Source of the DNA: Flectonema sp. DT1601
Taxonomy: Eukaryota
Length of the DNA stretch: 64,000 bases
Direction of reading: 5' to 3'
Assembly (NCBI GenBank): GCA_964019425.1
Contig: OZ025793.1
Span: 1,240,001-1,304,000 of the forward strand
Both the position numbers and the translations under genes were made by a program. The notes beneath the pieces were generated by a model. The model did not search any database, had not been told where the DNA came from, and worked only from the letters and a program-made list of their open reading frames with translations. Position 1 is the first letter of the stretch, and each line of letters begins with the position of its first letter. Positions 37,302 to 47,357 of the stretch are shown in pieces.

Positions 37302-38960
37302 TCAGTTGAGATCAAAGTCCGAATCGTTACTTTCCATTTCTACGTCACGGTTTTTATCACTATCCTGCTTAGCAGCAGATTCGGTGGGCGGTGTTGTTGT
37401 TTGTGCTGTTGCTGGTGCTGGCGTTGGTGTTGGTGCTGATGGTGCTGGCGCTGGTGTTGGTGCTGATGTCGGCTGCTGAGTTGGCTGTTGTGGTTGAGGA
37501 GTTGTTTTTTGTCTCTTCAGGGTTCCCGTTAGTTTTTGAGCCGCGTCGCCTGGGTTGTAGGTTGGGCCTAGCGGTTTTCTGTCAGTTCGTTTAACTTCTT
37601 TGTTTATCACAAGGTATTCATTAGTACCTATGCTTATGAAGTTGGGCGGTTGAGATTTCGCAATTGCAACAATTGTAGTACTCCCTCCTTTATGGAAAGA
37701 AGCAACAACTGTGTGTTCCCAGTTGTGTGAGGACTTCAAGAAGTCGCTGATCTGCGCTGTCGAGTACTTACGAATCGCCATCGAATTTATAACAAACCTG
37801 TCGCCCGAGGGCAGTGCAGGCTTGATTGCCGCGTTGAGCTTAATGCTGACCCTGATATTACAGTCAGGGTGGACTCGGAGTCCAAAACAGCTTTTAAACC
37901 TGCACATGTAGAATTTTCCTTTGAATTCATCAAGTGCAGAAGTCTTGGACTTCGCTGCCAGGAAGCCAAGGTCGTTTTTGAATTGCAACGTTGGCCAAAC
38001 GTCACTTCCGTTCGACCAACTCGGGTTTCTGAAAAAGACATTCTTGGGTTTGTCAGTTTCGGGTTCGCTGTTGTTGTATTCCAGAACCTCGTGTACTTGG
38101 TTTCTGGGGACTCTGAAAGCCATCGAGGTGTGGGACTCGTTCTTTCTGTAGCTAAAGGGGTCCGCCTTTATCTTCAATTTCTTTAGAATATCGGTCGTTT
38201 TGACGGTCAATTCTTTCTCAGCTGATTTACCCCAGTCTTGGATGAATAGAACTGGGTTGGGAGTTGGAATCTGGTGGCTAGTTGCTGCTTTAGAAAAGTC
38301 GTCACCAAATACGTGCGTGTAAAATACGCGCCTGATCTCGCAGACGCCACCCTTTTTTATCACCGGTAATGCTACTGGAACGGTGCTCTTTGTGAGCGGG
38401 ATTTTGCTGATAGCAGCCCAACGGCCGCTCTTCTTTGTTTGGCGGAGTGCTTCTAAGTCTAGCTTCGAACGAACTAAAACAAGACCAGAGGTAAGGTTGT
38501 TTGTAGCATTAGCTGCTACGTCGTAACTGATGGTGGCCACAGCGCCTGCCCACGCACCGTGAATGTGCCACTCCGGGTAGCTTGCTTTTGCCTTTCCCTT
38601 CGTGGTTTGATTGTCCTTCATTGCTGTCGGTATCGGCAATGAGAACGGCTTCGTACTCGTTTGTTGATTAGAAGCTGTAGATGCTCCTGTAGTTGGTTGG
38701 TTGACACCTGTAGTTGAGGGTGTCGTCGCTTCTGCTGCCGTCGTCGCGGTCGCTTCCGTCCCACCACTCCCATCGAGTGTGTCCGGTGTCCTCCTCTTCA
38801 TCTCCGGGTTCCCACCTTCTGACCCAGCTACGAATTGAACGATCTCCATTAGGAGATTTGCCACCCTTCTTTCCTTCTCTTGCTCCGGGATCCCGTCTTC
38901 TCCCACTATCTTCAGGAGGTTTATTGCCTCCGATACCAACCTCTTCAGGTTGTCTCTCAT
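37302..38960 (-). CDS. A1 ORF1 (552 aa from first ATG), ending in TGA-CTAG
   Basis: Open frame; its C-terminal half is conserved in copy A2. Confidence 0.85.
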   Translation of the reverse strand: MRDNLKRLVSEAINLLKIVGEDGIPEQEKERRVANLLMEIVQFVAGSEGGNPEMKRRTPDTLDGSGGTEATATTAAEATTPSTTGVNQPTTGASTASNQQTSTKPFSLPIPTAMKDNQTTKGKAKASYPEWHIHGAWAGAVATISYDVAANATNNLTSGLVLVRSKLDLEALRQTKKSGRWAAISKIPLTKSTVPVALPVIKKGGVCEIRRVFYTHVFGDDFSKAATSHQIPTPNPVLFIQDWGKSAEKELTVKTTDILKKLKIKADPFSYRKNESHTSMAFRVPRNQVHEVLEYNNSEPETDKPKNVFFRNPSWSNGSDVWPTLQFKNDLGFLAAKSKTSALDEFKGKFYMCRFKSCFGLRVHPDCNIRVSIKLNAAIKPALPSGDRFVINSMAIRKYSTAQISDFLKSSHNWEHTVVASFHKGGSTTIVAIAKSQPPNFISIGTNEYLVINKEVKRTDRKPLGPTYNPGDAAQKLTGTLKRQKTTPQPQQPTQQPTSAPTPAPAPSAPTPTPAPATAQTTTPPTESAAKQDSDKNRDVEMESNDSDFDLN

Positions 38961-39018
38961 AATTGCTTTTTCCTGTGAAACGTACCCACTGATTCTTACC
39001 AATATTAGGTTGCGAAAT

Positions 39019-39034
39019 CAATAAAGTACAGAAA
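39019..39034 (-). other. spliced-leader remnant at the 5' end of A1
   Basis: Reverse complement is TTTCTGTACTTTATTG, the 3' 16 nt of the Leishmania/Diplonema-type SL exon. Confidence 0.85.
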
Positions 39035-41755
39035 ACTGACGGTATTGGTTTCAACCAAACTTCTTATCGGAAAACGCGTTCTTGCCGGGAAAACATCCTA
39101 TATGTTACGGACAGACTTAGATTTCTTAAACACCAAAAAAAGTCAGCGGCCCTTGTTCTTCTTGATATCGAAAAAGCTTTTGATAGTGTGAACCATGATC
39201 TTCTCCTTCAAAGGATGGTAGATCTTGGAATACCAAAACATTTTATAGCCTGGATTCAGGCCTTTCTTAAAAAACGAAGAGCAGCGGTTGTTGTTAATAA
39301 TGAAAAAGGTTCTTACCACAATGTTTATTCTGGCGTTCCACAAGGAACAGTTTTGTCGGCTCTACTTTTTACTCTGTATATTGAAAAAGTCGCAGAAAGA
39401 CTAGATATTACGGTTGCTAAGTATGCGGATGATATTGCTTTTGTAGTTGATGATGAAGGGAAAGGTTTTACTTATCATTTGGCAAAAACGAAATATTTCT
39501 TTAATGAGATTGAAAAGGATCTAAACGAATTAAAATTAAAAGTAAGTTATGAGCCTGACAAAACAAAACTTGTGTATTATCCCTACTCCCCAAATTCCCC
39601 ACTACAAACACCTTTCACTTTTACTTCAAATTTAACAAAAAATATTGTTCCATGTGTTGATAGCGCCAAGCTTCTTGGGGTGATCCTTGATAACAAGCTC
39701 GATTGGAAACAGCATATCTCGTATATTTGTAGAAGAGTTAATCTTCGCTTAAGGTATCTGAAGCTTGTCGCATCAAAAGCATGGGGACAGTGTACTGCAA
39801 CTTTGCGTGAGGTGTATGATTTGTATATTCGACCTGTCATAACAAACTCGTGTGAAGCTTTTTATCCTGAAGTTAGGTATAAAAAGATTCACATGGACAG
39901 GCTTCTCTCTTTACACCTTAGGGGTGCGTGCTATGTCTTAGGTGCCTTACCACCAACAAGGGAAACAAGAGATAAGATCTTTTTTGAGGCACAACAACAA
40001 AGTATCAACACCCATTTGAGACTTGAAACTGGTAGATGGTTCGCCAAAATGGCGCGAATCACGTCCCCTTTATTAAATGTCTTTATTCCACCTGAAAGAA
40101 TATCCTCAACACCCATTGATTCTTTTACTCGTTTAGGAATGAATGTTCTGAAAGAACACAACCTTCTATCACTCAGTTTTGAGAAATATCCCATTTACGT
40201 TCATCCTCCATGGAGTTTTTCAAATGATTTCAATGTTTTTAAACCAGAAATGCATGTTAGAAAAAAAAAAGACAAAAAGAAAAATAAAAAAGCCTGTGAA
40301 GCTGTTCTTAATGAAATAAGGAAAGATTATGAACCAGTCTTAGAGGTATATACCGATGGTGCCGTTGTTGAAGAACGCGGTGCTGCGGGTGTGTACATCA
40401 TAGACAGCGAAGGAAATGAATTTCTCACAAACAAAAGTGAAGCAGGAATAATCTGCACCTCTTTTAGGGCTGAAATGATGGCGATCAAAAACGCTTTTGT
40501 TTTACTTTTTAAGGAATTTGAACCGCCGGAAAATGCGTCAGTTTTATTTGTGTCAGACTCCTCCAGTGCCTTGATGGAACTGGAAAAAGGGGGAACAAAA
40601 CAGAAAACGAGACTAGGAAGCCGCATCTGGCAGTTTATTGAATTTTTCAACAATAAATTCAAAACAAAGTTTATTTTCCAGCATGTCTTTTCTCACTGTG
40701 GTATTGTCGGAAACGAAGAAGCAGACAAACTAGCCCAAAACATTTCATTAAAAAAAGATGAAGAAACCCTTTTAAAACAAAAAAAAGTTCCCATAGACTA
40801 CAGCACCCATGTAGCTAAACTAAAACACAGAATAAAAGAAAAATTTGACCCCCGTCCTTTCCCATCTGAAACTGAAAGAGCGGAAGAAATTCTGATTTCA
40901 CAACTCAGAATTGGCGACTGTAAACAAACACAAGGGAAATGTCCTAGGTGCAGAGAAAAAGACTCTGTAGAGCACCTGTTAGCAAAATGCTCAAAGTACA
41001 GAAAAGAGAGGAGGATGTATCTCCAGAAAGACTCTCTAACACAAGAAGAGTTAAAGGATTGTCTTTCCACTGTACAAGGACTAGAGAATGTTTTTCTTTT
41101 TATGTCATCTGCAAGAAGATATGTTTTTCCAGAAAAAGAAAAGAAAAAAGAAAATTTGAGTCAGGAAACAAAGAAAGAAAATGAAGAAAACGTTATCCTT
41201 CAACCCACACTTTTCAATACTGTGATTCAAAACTCACAACTGACTTGATTTCTCAAGCTTCCAAATTAACCAAAGTAGCACCTACACCATGGGGATGGTC
41301 TGATTGTTGATTGACTGATGGGCCGATATAGATTGGACACAGATCGAGAGTTTTTGAGAGATCTTAGATGAAAGTCCGCACCTTTCAGGCCATCCCCAAA
41401 AAGCACATAGCAGCTACAGCTATGTCAATTCAAATTGCGACGAGCTGCAACTTCGACATGAAGTTTTTCGTTATTGTTCTTACCTTCTCCACATATTTAC
41501 ATATGTGATAAGTATAAGTCATATCTTACGATTGACAATTCCTCCCCATAAATAAATTTCTTTTTATTATTTTATTTTACACCTGCCTTACTAACTTGGG
41601 GAGAAAGAAAGGAAGAACAATGGGCCTCTTATGAGGTGGGCAATTGCCCTGGACCCACATTAAATGTACGCGTGTTTTGCGTCAGCCCGTTGCTGTAGAA
41701 AAAGAAGAGACAGTTTCAGGTAGTAATGAAAAAAAAAAAAAAAAAAAAAAAAAAA
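39030..41755 (+). mobile_element. non-LTR retrotransposon family B, copy B1 (5'-truncated inside RT; RT-RNase H-CCHC open to 41248; 3' UTR; poly(A))
   Basis: GVPQGTVLS, YADD, YTDGA, HCGIVGNEEAD, CPRC..H...C; poly(A) run of about 27 nt; near-identical to B2. Confidence 0.93.
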
Positions 41756-41780
41756 TTCAAAAAAAGGTTTTATTTATTAC

Positions 41781-41940
41781 TGATCCTTCGCTTTATATTA
41801 ACTGTGTCTTGAGATTCCTATCCGGGGAAGTCCTCCAACGGACTCAGGACAGTTGCGCTTGTTTTTACTTATTTACTTTATCAAAAAATAAGAAGGGCAA
41901 GAATGCTCAGAATGAAGAAAAATAAAGTGGAAAGACAGGG
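41781..41940. repeat. structured dispersed repeat D, copy 1
   Basis: Shares TTCCTATCCGGGGAAGTCCTCCAACGGACTCA and flanking hairpins with 54189-54332. Confidence 0.75.
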
Positions 41941-42053
41941 GGGATGTGACTAAATAAATAAATAAAAAAAAAGGTTTTTTTTCTTTCTTTTTTTTTCTTT
42001 TTTCGGGAAGATAAAATGGAAACTACTTTCTTTGTCCTTTCTCATTATACATA

Positions 42054-45000
42054 TTTTTTTTGGTTACACTCGTCTGTGCTACCAAACTCTTTGTTTTTGT
42101 TCTTTTCACTTCTATGTTTTGTCTTTCTTTTATACTTTCTTTTGGCTTAAGTCTGACAAATTGGAAAACACGGGAAACATAGGTAGGCTCCGCCTGAGGA
42201 CGTAAGAAGAGCGGCAACGGAAAAATAAGTGGTCACGCGTCCTTGAAATTGGACACATGAAGCTAATTCGGTTACCATTCCTACCATCGATAAGGAAAAA
42301 ACAAAGAATCGAGCATATAACTAGAGCGGTGGTCAAAGACCACTTGAACAGCCCGAAGGCCTGCCCTCAAGAGAAATTTATAAGGAGAATAGGAGAAGAA
42401 GGAGACAGGAGTGTTGGAAGAGACACTGCGACAACACCGAAGGTGGTGTGCAGTTACCCAACCAGGAGATGATTGATAATGATGAAAATACTAAAAAAAT
42501 AATAACAAATTGATATTGGCGACTACATGTCACCTACTTTACTTCCAAAGTCTAAGGTTAGATGTCTGTTCCATCCACCTTATGATCAACGCGAGTGATG
42601 GAAGCCACGCCAAAGTGAAGAGAGCTTCAAGGTTAGGAATTTCGTTGGCAATAATAAGTTCTCGATCGCGATCCCACTTGCCGGTCAGTGTTGAGAAGCC
42701 CAGGATTTTGAACCTGGCAGAGTCGAGTTTGGGAGATTGACATCCCTGCAGCAGGTGAACCTGTGAGGACGGTTCGCCACAAAATGGGCAGTCGATTTTC
42801 TTGCGCCAGTTCTGAATTAGCGGGTGACATCCTGTCCGGAAGTTCGCTATCCGTATCTCGTCGGCTCTTTCCATCCCAGGAGGGTATTTAACGGAACGGC
42901 CTCCGATGAGGTGTTTGTAGCAGGTGTAACCACTCACGTTAAGCAGATCCTTTTTGATGCAGCGCTTAACATGTGATGATCGCGAGAAGTAAGTGCCTTT
43001 GACTAGCACAGGTCGGATGTTCTTGTTGTGCGCTGCTTCCTTTGCAAGCGCGTCAACTTCATCGTGAAACTCGATTCCAATGTGTGAGGGGATGAATTGC
43101 AAATGCACTTTCATTTCACACATGCGCAGGTATTCTAGTATCTTGAGGGACTCAGTATTCCTCTGTCTGCACCTTCCACCCAGCAGTTCATCCAGAAGGG
43201 ATTTTGAGTCCGTGAATATCCTCACAGATTTCATTGAACGATCTTTGCTAAACACTGTTCTCAGATGTCTAGCCGCGTTCTTCAGAGCATGTTGTTCAGC
43301 CCTGTAGCTGCAGTCAGCTTGATAAAGCCTAGACGCGTAAGCAGATCGAAGGCCGCTACGTGACTTGGCAATATGAGCCGCTCCGGCCGCGCCGGAAGCA
43401 GAGTAGGAGCCATCGCAGTTGATTACCATGTCGACAGGAGGTAACGTTCCAATGTACGACATGAATTTTTCTTTGTCCACCGCAGGGTTCGCGGACTTCG
43501 GAAATCCGCAGCCGTTGCTAATCCTAAGGTTTGTCGGAGATACCCAGGGTTCCATCGAGTCAGGCTGTACAAGGCACTGGCTTTCACGCTGGCTGTCAAT
43601 GCCAGGAAGGAGGCCAGCCCAGTAGCTTTGGGTTGAGGCGAGTCTGTTGGTACTAGGTATCCAAGTCATGGCTTTATACCTGTAGTACGCTATCTTGGTT
43701 TGCTTTTCAATCTGACGTTTAAAAGGAAGCATGTCCGCTTCCCACAGTAGAAGTTCTCTCGGTGTGCACCTGCTGCATCCAGTAACCAGCCTGGCAACCT
43801 TCCTCAGTTCGAAATCAATACTATCAACGCTGTTGCTTATCAACCAACCAAAGCTATCGAGCGCATAAGAGATTCTCGCAGTTACGTAAAGGTTCTTGAC
43901 CATATTTAGCGTTTTGTAGTCAAGATCATACGGTTGAAGGCATTGAAGCAGAGATATTCCCTTTTTCAGTTCTTCATGAATCTTAGCCACCTGTTTGTGG
44001 AAAGTGAGTCTGTCGTCGATGTGAACTCCGAGGTATTTCACTGAGTCCACGATTGGCAACAGAAATGCGGTTTTAAAACTGGCTTTCACCACCATCACGT
44101 TGTCTTCGAGAACAATATTCCGCAACATCACGTTGTCAAGTTCGTCTTGCGTTTTGATCGGAGTTCCATCAACCTCGAGAATAGTTTCGCCGCTTTGAAG
44201 CATGGGTCTAGAAGAAGTTAAGTTGATACTCTTTTCAATGTCACTATAGTCCATTTTGATAACGTTTTCCACAACAGATCTGGAAAATAGTAATTCGCGA
44301 TTGCAGGTGTCGTTGAGAATCGTATCCTTCGTACGGACTTTCATCTTAAGAGCACAGGTCTTTGAGACCGACAGGGCCATGTCGTTGTCAGAACACCATT
44401 GATCCACTTTATCAAGTATTATTTGAGCATTTGAAAGAGCTTCTTCCATGTTATGTCCAGATACTACACATGCTGTATCATCCGCATACAGAGCAGACGT
44501 CGTTGTTTCCTTCTCCAGTTCCAAAATCTTGCAGAGGTCATCAACGTAGATAAGATAGAGAAGAGGACCCAGGATCGATCCCTGTGGAACCCCCTTAGCC
44601 AGAGTACGGAATTCGCTAAGATAACCATTCGCTTCAACTCTAACCTTCCTGTTTGTAAGAAAGTCTGTGATCCATCTGATAATAACATTCGGAACACCCA
44701 TCTTTACCAATTTTAATAAAAGTATCTTATGGTTGATCCTGTCAAACGCAGCAGTAAAATCAAACGATAAGAACACCGATCTCTTTCTCTTCATGTGCAT
44801 CCTTACGACGGCATCTACCAAAACGGTGATCTGTTCGCAGGTATTTCTCCCCCTTCTGAATCCAGCCTGTAGTGGGCTGAGTGACGAATGTTTAGTGAGC
44901 CAGTGCATGAGTCGGTCATACACGAGCCTCTCCGCAAGTTTCCCAACAACCGAGGTGAGCGTAATGGGTCTGAAACTCTTCAGCTCATTTCGAGGTTTTC

Positions 45001-47290
45001 CAGCCTTGAACATAGGCTTGATTAAACCTTGTTTCCACTGGTACGGTACTTTTGAAGTCTTCCAAGAAGTGTTAATAATTCTCAAGAGGTATTCCACTGT
45101 TGCCGGAGTGAAGTTTTTGATCATCTCATTGTGAACTCCATCAGGTCCTGCAGCCTTGCGGGTCTTCAGGTTCTTAATCGCTGCTTCAATTTCAGCCATT
45201 GTGAAATCACAGCAAATATCCATTTCATTATCACCTTCTGAGAGTGCGGGGGCCTCTAGCGATAATATTTCCGATTTCGAGACAAACAGGTCCAAGAATG
45301 CTGATGGGAGATCGCAGTCAGAGATGTTGTTGACACTGATATCTTTACCAGCATCTTGCTGCAGTTCTTTGATCTTCTTAAACGCAAAGGCAAAGTTGTT
45401 ACCCTTGTCAAGTTGATCACGTAGGTGGATACCCTTCGATTTGGTGGAATCTGGAGTTGACGTCTTCCACTTTCGTCTCCGTTTCCCTTTGAAAAGGACA
45501 CGTCGTCGAATGAATTTAGCCGCTACTTCATGCAGTATGTTGTTAAAGAGCTTAGCATTCGCAGTTGCATCGTTGGAGAGTTTCGATTTTCTAATTCTCT
45601 TATCGAGCATATTTCCAAAGCAGTTCCAGTCCGTAGACTTGAAGTCCCACACTACGCGTTTCTTAGAACCTATCGTGGCCCGTGTAAGTTGACACATGGG
45701 ATCCAGTACGGTGTAGAGAGGTCGGTGATCAGATCCATGTTTATTATCTTCTCTAATTACAGAGAATTCTTCCAGAATCATCGAGTTTTGAAAAAATACT
45801 ACGTCCGGCGAGGTACCGCCCCCCGGGATATTAGGAAAAGGCCTTGTGATTGACCCCATCTTGTTGGCTACCAGTAGATCATTGTGTGCTGCCCATTCAT
45901 GTAGAGTAGAACCTGCTGGCGTCGATTTTGATGACCACACCGGATGATGGGCATTAAAGTCACCCGCGACGATTGCTTTCGTTGAGACTGGAAGATCTGA
46001 CTTTCTGATCTTGCATCCCGGGGGAGCATAAATATTTAAGATGTCAATCTTTCCACCTATGTTGACCTTTACAACTTCAACATCATTTAAGTGAGGCGGA
46101 AGTACGATATCAGAACGCTGCTGAGTGTGGCATTTCTTCACCATAGTAATAACCCCACCACCCCGTGTTGCCCTATCATTCCGATAGGTAAAATAATCCG
46201 TGTGTGAGACTACATCTTTTGTCCAAGTTTCTTGCAGGCACAGTACGTCAGGCGCATAGGCATTGAGCAGCTTGTGTATGTAGGCACCTTTGTTCCCCAT
46301 TGATCGACAGTTCCAGCTTAGTAGTGATATGAGGGAGTCGTCAGGGCCAGGGTTGCGTTCGACATCGCCTGCCTGAAGCAGCAGTTCACGAGCCGTATTC
46401 TTTTCTGTGAGTGAGTTGGTCGGATTTAAATCATCGTCATCTTCATCTAGTCAGTTGAGGTCAAAATCCGAGTCATCGTCTTCCATTTCAACATCGCCGT
46501 TCTTATCACCTTCTTGTTTAACAGCAGATTTAGTGGGTGGTGGAGCTGATGCTGGTGTGGGTGCTGGCGCTGGTGTCGGTGCTGCTGCCGTCTGATGTGG
46601 TAGCTGAGTTGGTTGTTGTGGTTGAGGAGCTGTCTTCTGTCTCTTCAGGGTTCCTGTCAGTTTTTGAGCCGCGTCGCCTGGGTTGTAGGTTGGGCCTAGC
46701 GGTTTTCTGTCACTTTTCTTAACTTCCTTGTTTATCACAAGGTACTCATTGGTGCCTATGCTCACGAAGTTGGGAGGCTGCGTGTTTGAAATCGCCACAA
46801 TCGTAGTGCTTCCACCTTTGTTAAACGATGCGACCACTGTGTGCTCCCAGTTGTGAGAGGACTTCATAAAGTCGCTGATCTGCGCTGTTGAGAATTTCCG
46901 TATCGCCATTGATTTTATAATGTACCTGTCACCGGAAGGCAGTGCAGGTTTGAGTGACGCGCTTAACTTAATACGCACTTCAGTGTTGCAGTCGGGATGA
47001 ACTCGGAGTCCATAACAGGTTTTGAACTTACACAGGTAGAATTTACCTTCGAAACCTTCCAGTATTGATGTCTTGGACTTTGCTGCCAAGAATCCAAGAT
47101 CGTTATTGAATTGAAGAGTTGGCCAGACATCGCTTCCATTTGACCAGCTCGGGTTTCTGACAAATACATTCTTAGGTTTGTCGGTCTCCGGGTCGTTATT
47201 GTTAAACTCCAGAATCTTGTGTACTTGGTTTCTGGGAATTCTAATAGCCATTGAGGAATGTGAATCATTTCGTTTGTAACTGAAAGGGGC
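42054..47290 (-). mobile_element. family A copy A2 (5'-truncated in ORF1; ORF2 intact)
   Basis: Same 3' UTR and terminus as A1; ORF1 C-terminal half, TGA-CTAG, 2A and ORF2 all present. Confidence 0.95.
42539..46450 (-). CDS. A2 ORF2 (linker, 2A, APE, RT, RNase H)
   Basis: In frame with the ORF1 stop; RELLLQAGDVERNPGP. Confidence 0.93.
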   Translation of the reverse strand, partial: LDEDDDDLNPTNSLTEKNTARELLLQAGDVERNPGPDDSLISLLSWNCRSMGNKGAYIHKLLNAYAPDVLCLQETWTKDVVSHTDYFTYRNDRATRGGGVITMVKKCHTQQRSDIVLPPHLNDVEVVKVNIGGKIDILNIYAPPGCKIRKSDLPVSTKAIVAGDFNAHHPVWSSKSTPAGSTLHEWAAHNDLLVANKMGSITRPFPNIPGGGTSPDVVFFQNSMILEEFSVIREDNKHGSDHRPLYTVLDPMCQLTRATIGSKKRVVWDFKSTDWNCFGNMLDKRIRKSKLSNDATANAKLFNNILHEVAAKFIRRRVLFKGKRRRKWKTSTPDSTKSKGIHLRDQLDKGNNFAFAFKKIKELQQDAGKDISVNNISDCDLPSAFLDLFVSKSEILSLEAPALSEGDNEMDICCDFTMAEIEAAIKNLKTRKAAGPDGVHNEMIKNFTPATVEYLLRIINTSWKTSKVPYQWKQGLIKPMFKAGKPRNELKSFRPITLTSVVGKLAERLVYDRLMHWLTKHSSLSPLQAGFRRGRNTCEQITVLVDAVVRMHMKRKRSVFLSFDFTAAFDRINHKILLLKLVKMGVPNVIIRWITDFLTNRKVRVEANGYLSEFRTLAKGVPQGSILGPLLYLIYVDDLCKILELEKETTTSALYADDTACVVSGHNMEEALSNAQIILDKVDQWCSDNDMALSVSKTCALKMKVRTKDTILNDTCNRELLFSRSVVENVIKMDYSDIEKSINLTSSRPMLQSGETILEVDGTPIKTQDELDNVMLRNIVLEDNVMVVKASFKTAFLLPIVDSVKYLGVHIDDRLTFHKQVAKIHEELKKGISLLQCLQPYDLDYKTLNMVKNLYVTARISYALDSFGWLISNSVDSIDFELRKVARLVTGCSRCTPRELLLWEADMLPFKRQIEKQTKIAYYRYKAMTWIPSTNRLASTQSYWAGLLPGIDSQRESQCLVQPDSMEPWVSPTNLRISNGCGFPKSANPAVDKEKFMSYIGTLPPVDMVINCDGSYSASGAAGAAHIAKSRSGLRSAYASRLYQADCSYRAEQHALKNAARHLRTVFSKDRSMKSVRIFTDSKSLLDELLGGRCRQRNTESLKILEYLRMCEMKVHLQFIPSHIGIEFHDEVDALAKEAAHNKNIRPVLVKGTYFSRSSHVKRCIKKDLLNVSGYTCYKHLIGGRSVKYPPGMERADEIRIANFRTGCHPLIQNWRKKIDCPFCGEPSSQVHLLQGCQSPKLDSARFKILGFSTLTGKWDRDRELIIANEIPNLEALFTLAWLPSLALIIRWMEQTSNLRLWK

Positions 47291-47357
47291 TGCAAAAGGT
47301 TTATTTATTTATATTGTTTTATTTACTTTATTCAAAAAAGAACTTAAAAGGAAATTC

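Larger units (their letters stand above)
32903..39034 (-). mobile_element. non-LTR retrotransposon family A, copy A1 (apparently full length; Ingi/I-group-like APE-RT-RNase H)
   Basis: SL remnant at 5' end, ORF1, 2A motif, intact ORF2, ~470-nt 3' UTR and poly(A). Confidence 0.95.

Noticed and set aside
37302..37304. Genome-wide UGA reassignment as the explanation for the in-frame stop
   Set aside because: Host genes here end in TGA (e.g. 20741, 32682), and long ORFs contain no internal TGA
41815..41850. Hammerhead ribozyme in repeat D
   Set aside because: A GTCC/GGAC stem is present but the CUGANGA and GAAA core is missing
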